Source: a virus. Taken from it: a DNA stretch of 64,000 bases. Every line of letters starts with the position of its first letter. Position 1 is the first letter of the stretch. Shown here piece by piece: positions 40,945 through 51,338 of the stretch. Location: the IMG/VR virus record IMGVR_UViG_3300042868_005676, positions 3,201-67,200 of that record; one strand, given 5' to 3'. The notes under the pieces are model-generated. The model was given only the letters and a program-made list of their open reading frames with translations. It was not told where the DNA came from and ran no database searches. Both the position numbers and the translations under genes were made by a program.

Positions 40945-41340
40945 ATGAAAAACTTAAGTGAAGAAATTGTAAACAAGGGAAGTGTGAACGTACACTTTAA
41001 GACAATGACCAAGGAACAAAAAACCTTCGTTATATTTTTACCTTCGATATTTGTTATGGACTCTGATTGGGTCTCAGATGTTGATTGGGAAGCACAATTA
41101 GAAAACGCAAAGGTAAAGTCCCAGAAGGTAGTAGATGATTTTGAAACAGACATCTCAGACCTGCTATATTTCAACCTGCAAGGAGATCAGACATTTGTAA
41201 GTTTAGAATTCGAATTAGGATTCGATACGTTAGAAGAGGCAATGGAAATTGCACAATTTTATGAATTTGAAGAGATTGTCGATTTAGAAAACGAAGAGGC
41301 ATATGATTCAGAAGGGAGACTAATAGATGAGCACTCGTAA
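40945..41340 (+). CDS. Highly acidic hypothetical protein (possible DNA mimic)
   Basis: Very D/E-rich C-terminal half. Confidence 0.45.
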   Translation: MKNLSEEIVNKGSVNVHFKTMTKEQKTFVIFLPSIFVMDSDWVSDVDWEAQLENAKVKSQKVVDDFETDISDLLYFNLQGDQTFVSLEFELGFDTLEEAMEIAQFYEFEEIVDLENEEAYDSEGRLIDEHS

Positions 41341-41623
41341 ATATCAAATCGAAGTACCCAGCGAATTTTATAAAAGATACGTCTCTAAGTTTGAGAACGA
41401 GAAAAATGCGACTGATTACTTAGAGTTGAGTTTTGATACCATCGCCCGATCTCATAGAACACTACTAAGAAAACATAAACACAAAGAATTAGAAACAAAG
41501 ATAGTAGACATTCACATACATGAATTTTTATGTGAGATTTTTGAACAATACTGCACATTAAAAAATATTACTCCGAGACATATTGCAGTTAAAATAATGA
41601 ACAAAACAATTATAAAGAAATGA
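41327..41623 (+). CDS. Hypothetical protein
   Basis: ORF coupled to the recombinase gene. Confidence 0.45.
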   Translation: MSTRKYQIEVPSEFYKRYVSKFENEKNATDYLELSFDTIARSHRTLLRKHKHKELETKIVDIHIHEFLCEIFEQYCTLKNITPRHIAVKIMNKTIIKK

Positions 41624-42312
41624 AGGCTGTAGGTTATATAAGAGTATCGACAGATGCCCAAGCAGACAAGGGTGCATCTTTAGAGAATCAAGTAGCTCGT
41701 ATTGAAGAATACGCACTGAAGAAAGGTTTTATTCTGGAAAATATTTTCGAAGATGCCGGTTATAGTGGAAAAAATACGAAGAGACCTGGGTTTCAAGATA
41801 TGTTCAACAGAGTTAGAAAGGGTGGTATCACTGCTGTGATAGTTTGGCATAGCACTCGTTTCGCCCGTAATCTGAAGGATAATATTGTACACCTATACGA
41901 ATTAGAAAAACTAAAGGTTAAGTTCTATTCTGTGGAAGAACCAGAGATGAGTGGTACAAGTGGTAAAGCAATGCGTAATCTGATGGCAGTATTTGCTGAG
42001 TACCAATCCGATCTTACCGGAGACCAGGTAAGAAGTGTAAAAGGTAATTTAAAAAGAAATAAGAAGGTGTACTCTGGCTTTGCTCCCTTGGGATATAAAC
42101 ACGATAATGGGGACTTAGTTGAGACAGCAGAGATGGAGATTGTAAAAGAAATATTTGATCTGAGGCACAACGGATACTCTTATAACAAAATAGCAAAACA
42201 ATTAAATAATAAAAACTTAAAAGGAAACAAAGGAGGGAAATTTTATCCCATAACAATTTATAAAGTAATTAACAATAAAATATATGAAACGCAAGGATAT
42301 AGTATTAACTAA
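41620..42312 (+). CDS. Serine recombinase (catalytic domain plus short recombinase domain)
   Basis: GYIRVST, RPGF, TRFARN, APLGY and IAKQLN. Confidence 0.9.
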   Translation: MKAVGYIRVSTDAQADKGASLENQVARIEEYALKKGFILENIFEDAGYSGKNTKRPGFQDMFNRVRKGGITAVIVWHSTRFARNLKDNIVHLYELEKLKVKFYSVEEPEMSGTSGKAMRNLMAVFAEYQSDLTGDQVRSVKGNLKRNKKVYSGFAPLGYKHDNGDLVETAEMEIVKEIFDLRHNGYSYNKIAKQLNNKNLKGNKGGKFYPITIYKVINNKIYETQGYSIN

Positions 42313-42637
42313 ACAAGACAGACGATTCGCTTTTGAAATATTCGAGACCGTCAGCAACGTAACAAATGTACCTCAAGAAGACTTCATCGAAAAGAGAAGC
42401 AGAAAAATGACCGTGGTTATTTTAAGACAGATATCAACTTATCTGCTCAAAACTTACACTAAATTATCACAAACAGAAATTGGTTTTGTGATTGGTGGTT
42501 ATGATCACTCTACCGTTATTCACTCCTTAGAGAAAGTTGAACACTGGTTGCAGACTCCTAGGCTATATAGGACTGAGACCGAAATTTTACAATCATGTTT
42601 CACTGCATTAAACGAAAAGTATGGACGTAACGAGTAA
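42284..42637 (+). CDS. Stand-alone DnaA C-terminal (domain IV-like) HTH protein
   Basis: RQISTYLLK...LSQTEIGFVIGGYDHSTVIHSLEKV. Confidence 0.85.
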   Translation: MKRKDIVLTKQDRRFAFEIFETVSNVTNVPQEDFIEKRSRKMTVVILRQISTYLLKTYTKLSQTEIGFVIGGYDHSTVIHSLEKVEHWLQTPRLYRTETEILQSCFTALNEKYGRNE

Positions 42638-42911
42638 AATATTATTTAAACATCTTTTAGTTACTATACATGGAGAAATTCCACAAGAACTTCAGCAGTA
42701 TTTTAAGGATGATAGGGTATTTGTACCACCGACAATTGAAGAAGTAACACTGCATTTAAAAGAGTTAAGAATCAGAGAAGCTAAACAATGTGCTGAGAAA
42801 TTTGTAAATTTTTACGAGGCAAAGGGTTGGATGATTGGTAAGAACAAAATGAAAAATTGGAAATCTGCAATTAATACTTGGGGATTTGAAAGAAATAATT
42901 TAATATTGTAA
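42621..42911 (+). CDS. Replication-initiator C-terminal-like protein
   Basis: FVPPTIEEV...FYEAKGWMIGKNKMKNWKSAINTW. Confidence 0.6.
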   Translation: MDVTSKILFKHLLVTIHGEIPQELQQYFKDDRVFVPPTIEEVTLHLKELRIREAKQCAEKFVNFYEAKGWMIGKNKMKNWKSAINTWGFERNNLIL

Positions 42912-42922
42912 AGAATTTTAAT

Positions 42923-43423
42923 ATGAGATTTATGTTGAATAAAGATATGGAGGTAAAGATTTTGCCAAAATATAGTTGGAAAATAATTGTGATGTTGTTA
43001 TTGTGTTTAGGATCAGTAGGTGTTAGCATATATTCTATTTTGCGTCAGCCTGAGATTAAACATATATATCATAAAATAACTCAAACAGAAGAACACATTG
43101 ATGATGTGCCACTAAATGATACGGCTATCCTTAAAGAGTTGGTCAGTGATGGATGTGTGTTAGCAAATATTGGTGTAGCACAAGCTAAGATAGAATCTAA
43201 TTTAGGTCAGAGTTCTGTAGGCAAAAATGCTAAGAATTTATTTGGTATAACTCACCATCGTTGCAAGTATGTATCTGGCAAGTACGGAGTGTATGCTAAA
43301 TACAATACTTATCGTGATAATATTAAATGCTATATTCACATTCAAGATTATTACTTGCGTAATATCGATGGGAAATATGCTGAGGCTGGTATTTATATTG
43401 AAAAACTAAAAGAATTCAAATGA
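42923..43423 (+). CDS. Membrane-anchored GH73-like glucosaminidase
   Basis: TM helix followed by AQAKIES...NLFGI...YA. Confidence 0.7.
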   Translation: MRFMLNKDMEVKILPKYSWKIIVMLLLCLGSVGVSIYSILRQPEIKHIYHKITQTEEHIDDVPLNDTAILKELVSDGCVLANIGVAQAKIESNLGQSSVGKNAKNLFGITHHRCKYVSGKYGVYAKYNTYRDNIKCYIHIQDYYLRNIDGKYAEAGIYIEKLKEFK

Positions 43424-43659
43424 AAAATAAAATATACGCAACTTTGAATGTTTTATATTTTGTAATATGTGCAATCTTAACAATAAAAATATATATATGG
43501 TTTACAGATCAGTTAGTAAAGTAAAATGTTTCTTGTTACAGTTCATGATTGAGTCTGCTTTTGAGCATAACCCAAGGGCGATGAGTACTGTAGAACCAGA
43601 AACAAAGGTGAGTTTTAACGAATTTCAAAAAAATATTAAAGAACAATTAAAAAAACAAT

Positions 43660-43908
43660 ATGACACTAAGAGAAGCAATTAGTTTTCGTTTTGATAAACT
43701 CACGATAACTACACAAATGAGTGGTGGTAATGAAGTATTTCATTATTTCCACAAGACAATTAATGGAGTTCCTTTGATGATTGACATAGACAAAGATGGT
43801 AACTGGTATGGTACAATCTTTGACATGGGGGTTAAGTTTTATACTGCCAGATTATTTCAGGACATTGTAAACGCTGTTGAGAAAGGGCAATGGGATGTTG
43901 AAATTTGA
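43660..43908 (+). CDS. Hypothetical protein
   Basis: ORF in operon. Confidence 0.45.
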   Translation: MTLREAISFRFDKLTITTQMSGGNEVFHYFHKTINGVPLMIDIDKDGNWYGTIFDMGVKFYTARLFQDIVNAVEKGQWDVEI

Positions 43909-44299
43909 TTTTGTAAATCGTTATGATGATACCATTTCTTTTGTTCAATCTGGAGATTTTACAATTAGGATGATAGGTGGTCAATATTATCGATATGGTT
44001 ATAGCGGTAAAGAACCATTGAATCAATACAATATGGTTGATCCGAGTGGTGGTCCTTACATTGGTTCGGGCTCAGACATGGGAAGATTCCTCAAAGAATG
44101 GAAAGGTTTAATTGTCAGCCATATCACCGTGGAGTCAGTTACCAATGAAAAAGTATTACATCTATTCGAGGGAAGAATAATGAAGGGTAAAACAAATGAC
44201 GAAGAAGAACTTAGATGGTATAAAGCTGGAGATTCTTCTGGACAATTTGAAAGATACAATGACATGGAACAATTTTTAGTAGCACAGAATGACCGGTAA
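43895..44299 (+). CDS. Hypothetical protein
   Basis: NRYDD...MVDPSGGPYI motif. Confidence 0.5.
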   Translation: MLKFDFVNRYDDTISFVQSGDFTIRMIGGQYYRYGYSGKEPLNQYNMVDPSGGPYIGSGSDMGRFLKEWKGLIVSHITVESVTNEKVLHLFEGRIMKGKTNDEEELRWYKAGDSSGQFERYNDMEQFLVAQNDR

Positions 44300-44910
44300 A
44301 ACAAACAAAAATGAACGATAAAAAGTTTTCTAATAGTAAACCAAATTTCAAAGAAACATACGGAGGTAACAAATGAAAAAGCTATTTATAATATTTATAT
44401 TTTGGGGATGTTCTGAGAACCAATCTGAGCATAAACTAAATGTCACCGACAGTACAATATACTGGGATAGCATGGAACTTATAAATGAATCACCATAAAA
44501 AAGGTAACAAATGAAAACATTCGTAATTAAAATAGAAATTGAACACACCGACAAGACTTATGATTCTGAGCCAGTCCAAGAGTTTATCAATTCGCTTGGG
44601 TCTCCGGATATAAACTGGACTAAACAGATGAAAAAAGCATTTAAAGAAACAACACTAGGCAAAGATGCCTTCAACATAAACATAACATACGCACTAAAAT
44701 TATGACACTATACGAAAAATTTTTAACTAGACCTCCAATGTTTTGGAATCCTAGCGATGCTAGAGAAATTAGCGGAAACCAACAACTTACAGACGAACAA
44801 TGTAAAGAAATCATTCAAAAGAGTTTGACGGATAAAAAAATATTTGATTTAATTGTAAAACTGATCAAAGAAAATACACCTAAATAATATATATTTGCAA
44901 CCCTGAAAAT

Positions 44911-46650
44911 ATGAACTCGGATAAATTAATTAGATTAGGAATAGATTTGCGTGGTAAATATAGTGGTGAGGTAAAAACACTTTGTCCTAAATGTGCACAC
45001 AGCAGAAAGAAAAAGAACGATCCTTCTTTGGGTGTTAATATTGATAGTGGGGTTTGGAAGTGCCATCATTGTGGATGGAGTGGAAGTGTTAATCAATATG
45101 TGAGACCCGAACCAAGGTCGCTAGTTGCGACTGCTAAAATTCTCCAGTACTTTGAGAACAGAAAGATTAAAACCGAAACGGTTGAACACTTTAAGGTTTC
45201 TGAGAGTATTGAATGGATGCCTCAAGATCAGAAAGAACATAAGGTAGTTTGTTTTAACTATTTTATGGACGGAGAACTAATTAATATTAAGTTTAAGACA
45301 TCCGATAAAATGTTTAAAATGGTCAAGGATGCCCGTAAAATTCCATATAATATTGATTGTATCAAGGACTCTCCGTATGTAATTATATGTGAGGGTGAAG
45401 AAGAGACCATGGTTTGGCACCAGAGCGGATTAAATGCAATTTCTGTGCCTAATGGTGCCAGCAAAAATAACAATAATTTAGATTGGTTGGATTCTGTCTA
45501 CGATTTATTTGAAGAGAAAACAATTTACTTGGCCACAGATAATGATGAGCCAGGCAGAAAGTTAAAAGAAGATTTAGCACGTAGATTTGGTGGTCAAGAC
45601 ATCCGAATGATTGAGTTTCCAGAGAGTGAGAAGGATGCCAATGATTGCCTTAAGACATATGGACAAGGCTTACTGAGGCAGATATTTGAAAATGCCAAGC
45701 CATTACCAATCACTGAGATTTCCTCGGCAATTGATTATTTGAGCATAATTGATTCTTATAGAATAGACGGATATCCAAAAGGTTCTTTGGTAGAAATGCC
45801 AATTACCGATGAACATATGTCTTGGAACAGAGGAGAATTAGGAGTAGTTACGGGAATTCCAGGTATGGGAAAAACTACTTGGTTGGATTATATGTTTGTT
45901 CGTCTTGCTTATCTTAAGGGTTGGAAGTTTGGAATATTTTCACCAGAGAACATTGCTCCACTAAAAATAACAAGATTATCTGAGCAGCTGAGCGGTAAGG
46001 CTTTAAGCAAAATGAATTATGGCGAAGTAAATAGAGCAGTGAGTATTATTGATAAGCACTTTTGGTTTTACAACGTTGAGGTTATGTCAGACTATAGTTT
46101 GAATAACTTATTGCGTCTTGCAGAAACAATGGTTAAAAGAAACGGTATTGATTGTTTATGTTTAGATCCTTTCAATTATATTGAGCAAGACGGTAACGAA
46201 GAGAGTAGTAACGAAAGAATTGGCGGTTTACTTAGAAGACTTAAGCAGTTTGCTATTAAGATGAATGTGCTTGTTATTTTAGTGGCTCACCCAAGAAAAA
46301 TGGATAAGAGCGGAAATAGTTATAATGTACCTCGTCTTTATGATATTTCGGGCTCACACCATTTCTTTAACGTTCCTGACTGGGGTATTGCTGTACACAG
46401 AACATTTGAAAACGGACAGAGAGACCCTGTAGAAGTACACGTACAAAAAATGAAATACCACTTTAGAGGTAAGTTAGGCAGTATTGAGTATGAGTTCAAT
46501 AGAGAAACTGGAGAGTATACAGAAGATGGAAAATTTAAACCTTTAATAGATAAGATATATGATTTGGAAAACAATGATGATAATTTGTTCAGCTCACTAC
46601 AAGCGTGGGGAAATGGTCAAGGAATTCAACCTCAGTCCTTACTTTTATGA
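44911..46650 (+). CDS. Primase-helicase (T7 gp4/Twinkle-like)
   Basis: CPKC...CHHC Zn finger; TOPRIM CEGE, DND, KDAND; Walker A GIPGMGKT; VAHP; DISGS; promoter TATATTTG at ~44890. Confidence 0.92.
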   Translation: MNSDKLIRLGIDLRGKYSGEVKTLCPKCAHSRKKKNDPSLGVNIDSGVWKCHHCGWSGSVNQYVRPEPRSLVATAKILQYFENRKIKTETVEHFKVSESIEWMPQDQKEHKVVCFNYFMDGELINIKFKTSDKMFKMVKDARKIPYNIDCIKDSPYVIICEGEEETMVWHQSGLNAISVPNGASKNNNNLDWLDSVYDLFEEKTIYLATDNDEPGRKLKEDLARRFGGQDIRMIEFPESEKDANDCLKTYGQGLLRQIFENAKPLPITEISSAIDYLSIIDSYRIDGYPKGSLVEMPITDEHMSWNRGELGVVTGIPGMGKTTWLDYMFVRLAYLKGWKFGIFSPENIAPLKITRLSEQLSGKALSKMNYGEVNRAVSIIDKHFWFYNVEVMSDYSLNNLLRLAETMVKRNGIDCLCLDPFNYIEQDGNEESSNERIGGLLRRLKQFAIKMNVLVILVAHPRKMDKSGNSYNVPRLYDISGSHHFFNVPDWGIAVHRTFENGQRDPVEVHVQKMKYHFRGKLGSIEYEFNRETGEYTEDGKFKPLIDKIYDLENNDDNLFSSLQAWGNGQGIQPQSLLL

Positions 46651-46806
46651 TTTATTTAAGTCCGGTCAAAAAGATAAGAAGTTTATCTTCAGAGGCACAG
46701 AGATTGATGTTATTTCAAAAGGATGGAAACAATTGGGAAACCTCTTTTACATGGAGTTAATGACTTCAGAAGGAGACATGGTAGTTACTAATTATACGTA
46801 TAAAAA

Positions 46807-48738
46807 ATGAGAAAAGTTTATGATATCGAGACGTTCCCTAATTTCTTTTCCTACACAGATGTAGATTGTGATAGTAATGAGGTGAATGTATTTGTGATTA
46901 GCACATTTAAAAATCAAACAGCAGAGTTCTTGTTGTATTTAGATTCCCTAGAACAAAATAAAGCAGGGATGATTGGCTTCAATAATATTCATTTTGATTG
47001 GCCGGTGGTTAACTATATCCGAGAGATAGGTAATAAAATTACTCCGGATAGAATTTATGATTTTGTAATGACCATCATTAAATCTGAAAAAAATATTTAT
47101 ACCAAACAAACAATTAAGCAACTTGATTTGTTCTTATTGAATCACTACGATAATAAGGCTCGCTCAGCTTCTTTGAAGTCCTTGGAGGTGTCATTGAATT
47201 GGGAGAACGTTATGGATATGCCTATTGCTGTAGGTAGTATGATTTCTGAGGCCCAAGAGACTATGGTTCTTGAGTATAACTTAAATGATGTTCTATTCAC
47301 TAGAAAGTTTTACGAAGAGTGCGCAGACAAAATAGAACTCCGTAAGAAAATTGGCAACAAGTACAAATTAGATCTGATTAATAAGAGTGATGTTGTCATA
47401 GGAGAAACAATCTTCTTAAAGTATTTAAGTCAAGCAATGAATATGCCAGTGAGCGAACTTAAAAAGATTCGTGGCAAGAGGGCTAAAGTTCCTTTGAAGG
47501 ACATCATATTTGACTATATTAAATTCACAGAGCCTAAATTTCAAAAGTTATTAGGAACTATGTGTGAAACAACGAGTTCTTCTGAGTACTTAGAAGAGTG
47601 GGTTAGCAATTTTAAAACTAATAAGCCCGTGAATGAGTTATATGAACAAGTTGTTAGTCACAATATCGAACTAAAAAAATTAGCACAGAAGAAAAAATCA
47701 TTTGGTTTCTTTGTTAATTATGCCGGGTTAAGAATTGATTATGGTGTTGGTGGTATTCATGGATGTATCAAACCAGGTGTTTATAAGTCTAGCGATAAGT
47801 ATAAAATACTTGACATTGACGTGAAGTCATATTACCCTAACTTATTTATTCAGAATAACTTACATCCTCGCCAAATGGATCAGAATACTTTTATCAGTGT
47901 GTATAAGTTCATTTTTGACGAGAGGGTTAAGGCTCAAAAAGAAAAGGATGATATCACAAGTGCGGCACTTAAATTGGCACTGAACGGTCTCTTTGGTAAA
48001 ACGGGCTCAGATGTAAGTTGCTTCTACGATCCGTTTGTATTCTTTGCCATAACAGTTAATGGACAATTGTTAATCACAATGCTATTGGAAAAATTAATTC
48101 AAGCAGGTGCAGAACTCCTTCAGGTAAATACAGATGGCGTGACCATTATGATTCCTTCTGATCAGGAGCACATATTTAAAAACATTTGTGCTGAGTGGGA
48201 GTCTGTTACTAAATTACAATTAGAATATGCAGATTATGCATCCATGGTCATCCGTGATGTAAATAATTATATTGCTGTTTCTACCAACGGAAAAGTAAAA
48301 GAAAAAGGAATCTTTGAAACTAAGAAGGACTGGCATAAAGACAATTCTTTCATGGTTGTACCAACTGCTGTACGAAATTATTTTGTAGATGGAATACCAA
48401 TTACACAAACATTAGATAATCACAAAAATATTTACGACTTTTGTGGTCGCTATAAAGCAACAAAAGGATGGCACGCAGAGTGGGTATATCTAGAAAACGA
48501 CCAAGAGAAAAGAAAAGGCTTTGGAAAAATATATCGATTCATTCCAGTGAAGAAGGGGGGAGTAAGCCTAAAAATAAATCAAGACGGAAGAGAACATCAA
48601 CTTCTAGACGGCTACCAAACAAAACCATTCAACCAGATCATCAATATAAAAAAGAAAGACTTGGATTTCTCGTACTACGTAGCGGAATGCGAGAAACTGA
48701 TATCGATGATTTCACCTTCGCAGATGACCCTATTATAG
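46807..48738 (+). CDS. Family B DNA polymerase
   Basis: YDIET and YNLNDV exonuclease motifs; DVKSYYP, KLALNGLFGK and NTDG polymerase motifs. Confidence 0.9.
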   Translation: MRKVYDIETFPNFFSYTDVDCDSNEVNVFVISTFKNQTAEFLLYLDSLEQNKAGMIGFNNIHFDWPVVNYIREIGNKITPDRIYDFVMTIIKSEKNIYTKQTIKQLDLFLLNHYDNKARSASLKSLEVSLNWENVMDMPIAVGSMISEAQETMVLEYNLNDVLFTRKFYEECADKIELRKKIGNKYKLDLINKSDVVIGETIFLKYLSQAMNMPVSELKKIRGKRAKVPLKDIIFDYIKFTEPKFQKLLGTMCETTSSSEYLEEWVSNFKTNKPVNELYEQVVSHNIELKKLAQKKKSFGFFVNYAGLRIDYGVGGIHGCIKPGVYKSSDKYKILDIDVKSYYPNLFIQNNLHPRQMDQNTFISVYKFIFDERVKAQKEKDDITSAALKLALNGLFGKTGSDVSCFYDPFVFFAITVNGQLLITMLLEKLIQAGAELLQVNTDGVTIMIPSDQEHIFKNICAEWESVTKLQLEYADYASMVIRDVNNYIAVSTNGKVKEKGIFETKKDWHKDNSFMVVPTAVRNYFVDGIPITQTLDNHKNIYDFCGRYKATKGWHAEWVYLENDQEKRKGFGKIYRFIPVKKGGVSLKINQDGREHQLLDGYQTKPFNQIINIKKKDLDFSYYVAECEKLISMISPSQMTLL

Positions 48739-49103
48739 ACATTATTGCTCCTCCTAATAGTTTGAATCTAAAGCCTATTATGATGGCACTAAGATGGGAA
48801 ATTATAAATGGTGGCATTACTGTATGTGGAAGGCGTAATCCTCGTTATAAAAATAACGTGATTATTCCTTCCCTTAAGTATAGTTTTCATATAACTTATA
48901 TGGACGGATATATTTTACTAGGGACTAGAGTATCTAGGTGGTGTAAAATACCAGTATCTTTTATAGATGATACTATTCCAGAAGAAACAATTAATTTATT
49001 GGTTGCTTACATTGAATACAAGAAGGCAAACGGAATGAATAGTATTAACGAGTACGTTAACGCATACGAACTTTCTTCCATACTCGTTGATAACGACCAT
49101 TAA
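48687..49103 (+). CDS. Hypothetical protein, last gene of the plus-strand block
   Basis: Probable ATG at 48687; 3' end overlaps the terminase 3' end by 47 bp. Confidence 0.4.
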   Translation: MRETDIDDFTFADDPIIDIIAPPNSLNLKPIMMALRWEIINGGITVCGRRNPRYKNNVIIPSLKYSFHITYMDGYILLGTRVSRWCKIPVSFIDDTIPEETINLLVAYIEYKKANGMNSINEYVNAYELSSILVDNDH

Positions 49104-50892
49104 CATACTCTAGCATGGGAATTGTTTTTTCTATTGGTTTAAAATCGGTCTCAGTTTTCTTATGCTTCTCAACAATATTTTTATGTAACAATTCACAGGC
49201 GATAAGAGCATCTAAAATATCCGTATTCTCTTTTAAGTAACCCTTAGCCTCTTCTATAATCTCCATAAACCATACATCAGTGCTATTAGCCGATAGATAT
49301 TCGATTAGATAGGTGTTACCCCTCTCTGAGGTTGTATCGTTCTTATAGTAGCCATATGAGCCGTCTGCTTTTGTAAAACCTTTACCTAAGAAGATTGGTT
49401 TCTTAGCTAGTAGATTTATCTTATTAAATTGTTTATATTTATCAAGTACCACACCACCTCGGTTTACCTCAATCATTGCTACTGCATTGTTGTAGTACTC
49501 TTGTAATAAAATCATATTGCTGACAATTTGGTCTGGATCTGAGTCCCTTTCTGTATAGTGCGCAACATATCTATTCAAGTCTAAATCTTTAATGATTATG
49601 GCTTGATTAGAACCATCGCCCATGTTCTTACTGATAAATGGAATAGGGTCAATACCTGCAATATATGTGTGAGTAGGATTTGGTGGTTCTAATAACTGCA
49701 TAGAACTACGATTGTCTCCTCTCTTTTGGATTGTTCCGTCTAAATCTTTATAGAGAATAACCTTTTCGATAGGGGGTTGAGTCGCAAGAATAATTCTTTC
49801 TTGAGCGTTTAATTTATCAATGATATGTTTAGGAAGAGCACCCTCTGCTGTAGATGAAAATACTTCATGAATTTCTAGGGGATACTGCTTAACAAAAGAG
49901 TTTAAGAAAGACTTATCGTCAATCTTATCTAATTTATCTCTAGTCTTCATCAACCACTCCTTAGCAGCAACTTCATCGCTCCATCCGTTAGGGCAAAAGT
50001 TTAATACCTTTCCGGTCTCCTTACCATTTTCATCTAATTCTGGAGCCTCCATGATACCTTGATACCCAGGAAGAAATATTGTTAACAAGTTTAGATTGTC
50101 TGCGTTGTTCCACAAGTTATTAGCTAACTTCTGTCCAATGGATGTAGATTCACCAGCACTTCCTCCAATAACAATAGGTGCTACCTTTAAGAAACCCGAC
50201 TTAACGCTAGCTTGAGCAGATTTATATACTTGGTCTGCTTTAGGATGAAGAAATGCCTCATCCAAAAAACAATGCATAGCACGAAATGCCTCCAATGCTG
50301 TTGGTGTATCTACTGTTTCTTTTGTAATAATCTGAGAATCGATACCCGTAATCTCACCCGTAATATTATTTCTTTGGCCCATGTGTAGGTAACCTGCTTG
50401 TCTTGTTGAAACAACACCAGGTCTTACCCAAGGATCTAAGTTATCAAATACCACACGAGTCTTCTCTTTAAATAGAGTCTCAAGACGAGTTTTATCTGCG
50501 CTAGTAATTAAAGATGTTGATCCCGGATAAGTTAAGGCAACCCAAACAGGAACTATTCCTCCAAAGATTAAAGAAAGACCTACCTCACGTCTCTTACTTA
50601 CAAATAAATCGTGATTTGTTTCTCTTGCGTTCTTGTATCCTTCGTAGATTAATTCATCTATATCTCGCCAAATCGGTCTTTTTTTGAAACCTCTGGCGTC
50701 TTTTATCGTACCTTGAGTTAGCGCAAAGTAATGAGTACCAGTCAATCCGAAGCGACCTTCTTGCCAGTATTCTCTTTCTTTACCCCACCACAAATCTTTT
50801 TCTTTAGATGTTGCTTTGGGATCTAGTCCATACTTAGCGTTCCATTTATCATATTCAAAACGGGAAGGTTTTTTCTTATTGATTATCTCCAT
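49057..50892 (-). CDS. terL: Terminase large subunit
   Basis: KRREVGLS Walker A-like, FLDEA Walker B, GGSAG, AGIDP nuclease motif, IEVNRG. Confidence 0.85.
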   Translation of the reverse strand: MEIINKKKPSRFEYDKWNAKYGLDPKATSKEKDLWWGKEREYWQEGRFGLTGTHYFALTQGTIKDARGFKKRPIWRDIDELIYEGYKNARETNHDLFVSKRREVGLSLIFGGIVPVWVALTYPGSTSLITSADKTRLETLFKEKTRVVFDNLDPWVRPGVVSTRQAGYLHMGQRNNITGEITGIDSQIITKETVDTPTALEAFRAMHCFLDEAFLHPKADQVYKSAQASVKSGFLKVAPIVIGGSAGESTSIGQKLANNLWNNADNLNLLTIFLPGYQGIMEAPELDENGKETGKVLNFCPNGWSDEVAAKEWLMKTRDKLDKIDDKSFLNSFVKQYPLEIHEVFSSTAEGALPKHIIDKLNAQERIILATQPPIEKVILYKDLDGTIQKRGDNRSSMQLLEPPNPTHTYIAGIDPIPFISKNMGDGSNQAIIIKDLDLNRYVAHYTERDSDPDQIVSNMILLQEYYNNAVAMIEVNRGGVVLDKYKQFNKINLLAKKPIFLGKGFTKADGSYGYYKNDTTSERGNTYLIEYLSANSTDVWFMEIIEEAKGYLKENTDILDALIACELLHKNIVEKHKKTETDFKPIEKTIPMLEYVNGRYQRVWKKVRMR

Positions 50893-51215
50893 TATTTTCT
50901 ACTTGCTTGACGATCCAAGAAAGATACATTCTCTTCCTCTTTGTCTTCTTGTGGATAAGCCTCTAACTTTGCGAGTTTTAAACTCTTGTTGATTTTGTCT
51001 CCTGCTTGTAATAATTGAAACAAGCCCTTCTGATAAGGCTCATCTAAATCTAAGGTTTCATCCTTTACAGCAGACATCAATTGTTTTGATGCTGAGACCA
51101 AAGTCGAATAGAAATCTTTAGCAGGATCAAAGTCTTGAAGCTGAAGCCTTTGTATGGCCTCGTCTTCTTTTATCTTATTATCCTTTAGGAATTTGGAGAG
51201 TTTTTCTAAGCTCAT
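50892..51215 (-). CDS. Possible terminase small subunit
   Basis: Helical 107 aa, translationally coupled upstream of terL. Confidence 0.4.
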   Translation of the reverse strand: MSLEKLSKFLKDNKIKEDEAIQRLQLQDFDPAKDFYSTLVSASKQLMSAVKDETLDLDEPYQKGLFQLLQAGDKINKSLKLAKLEAYPQEDKEEENVSFLDRQASRK

Positions 51216-51338
51216 TTATTTTCTTTTTTTGTTCTTCAATTTCTTTTTGGGTTTTGTTTGCCTCAAAAGGATTATTGATTAGTGTGTAATACTCACACCA
51301 AGAAATTAATTTCTGAAGTTCTAAAACTTCTGTTTCGA

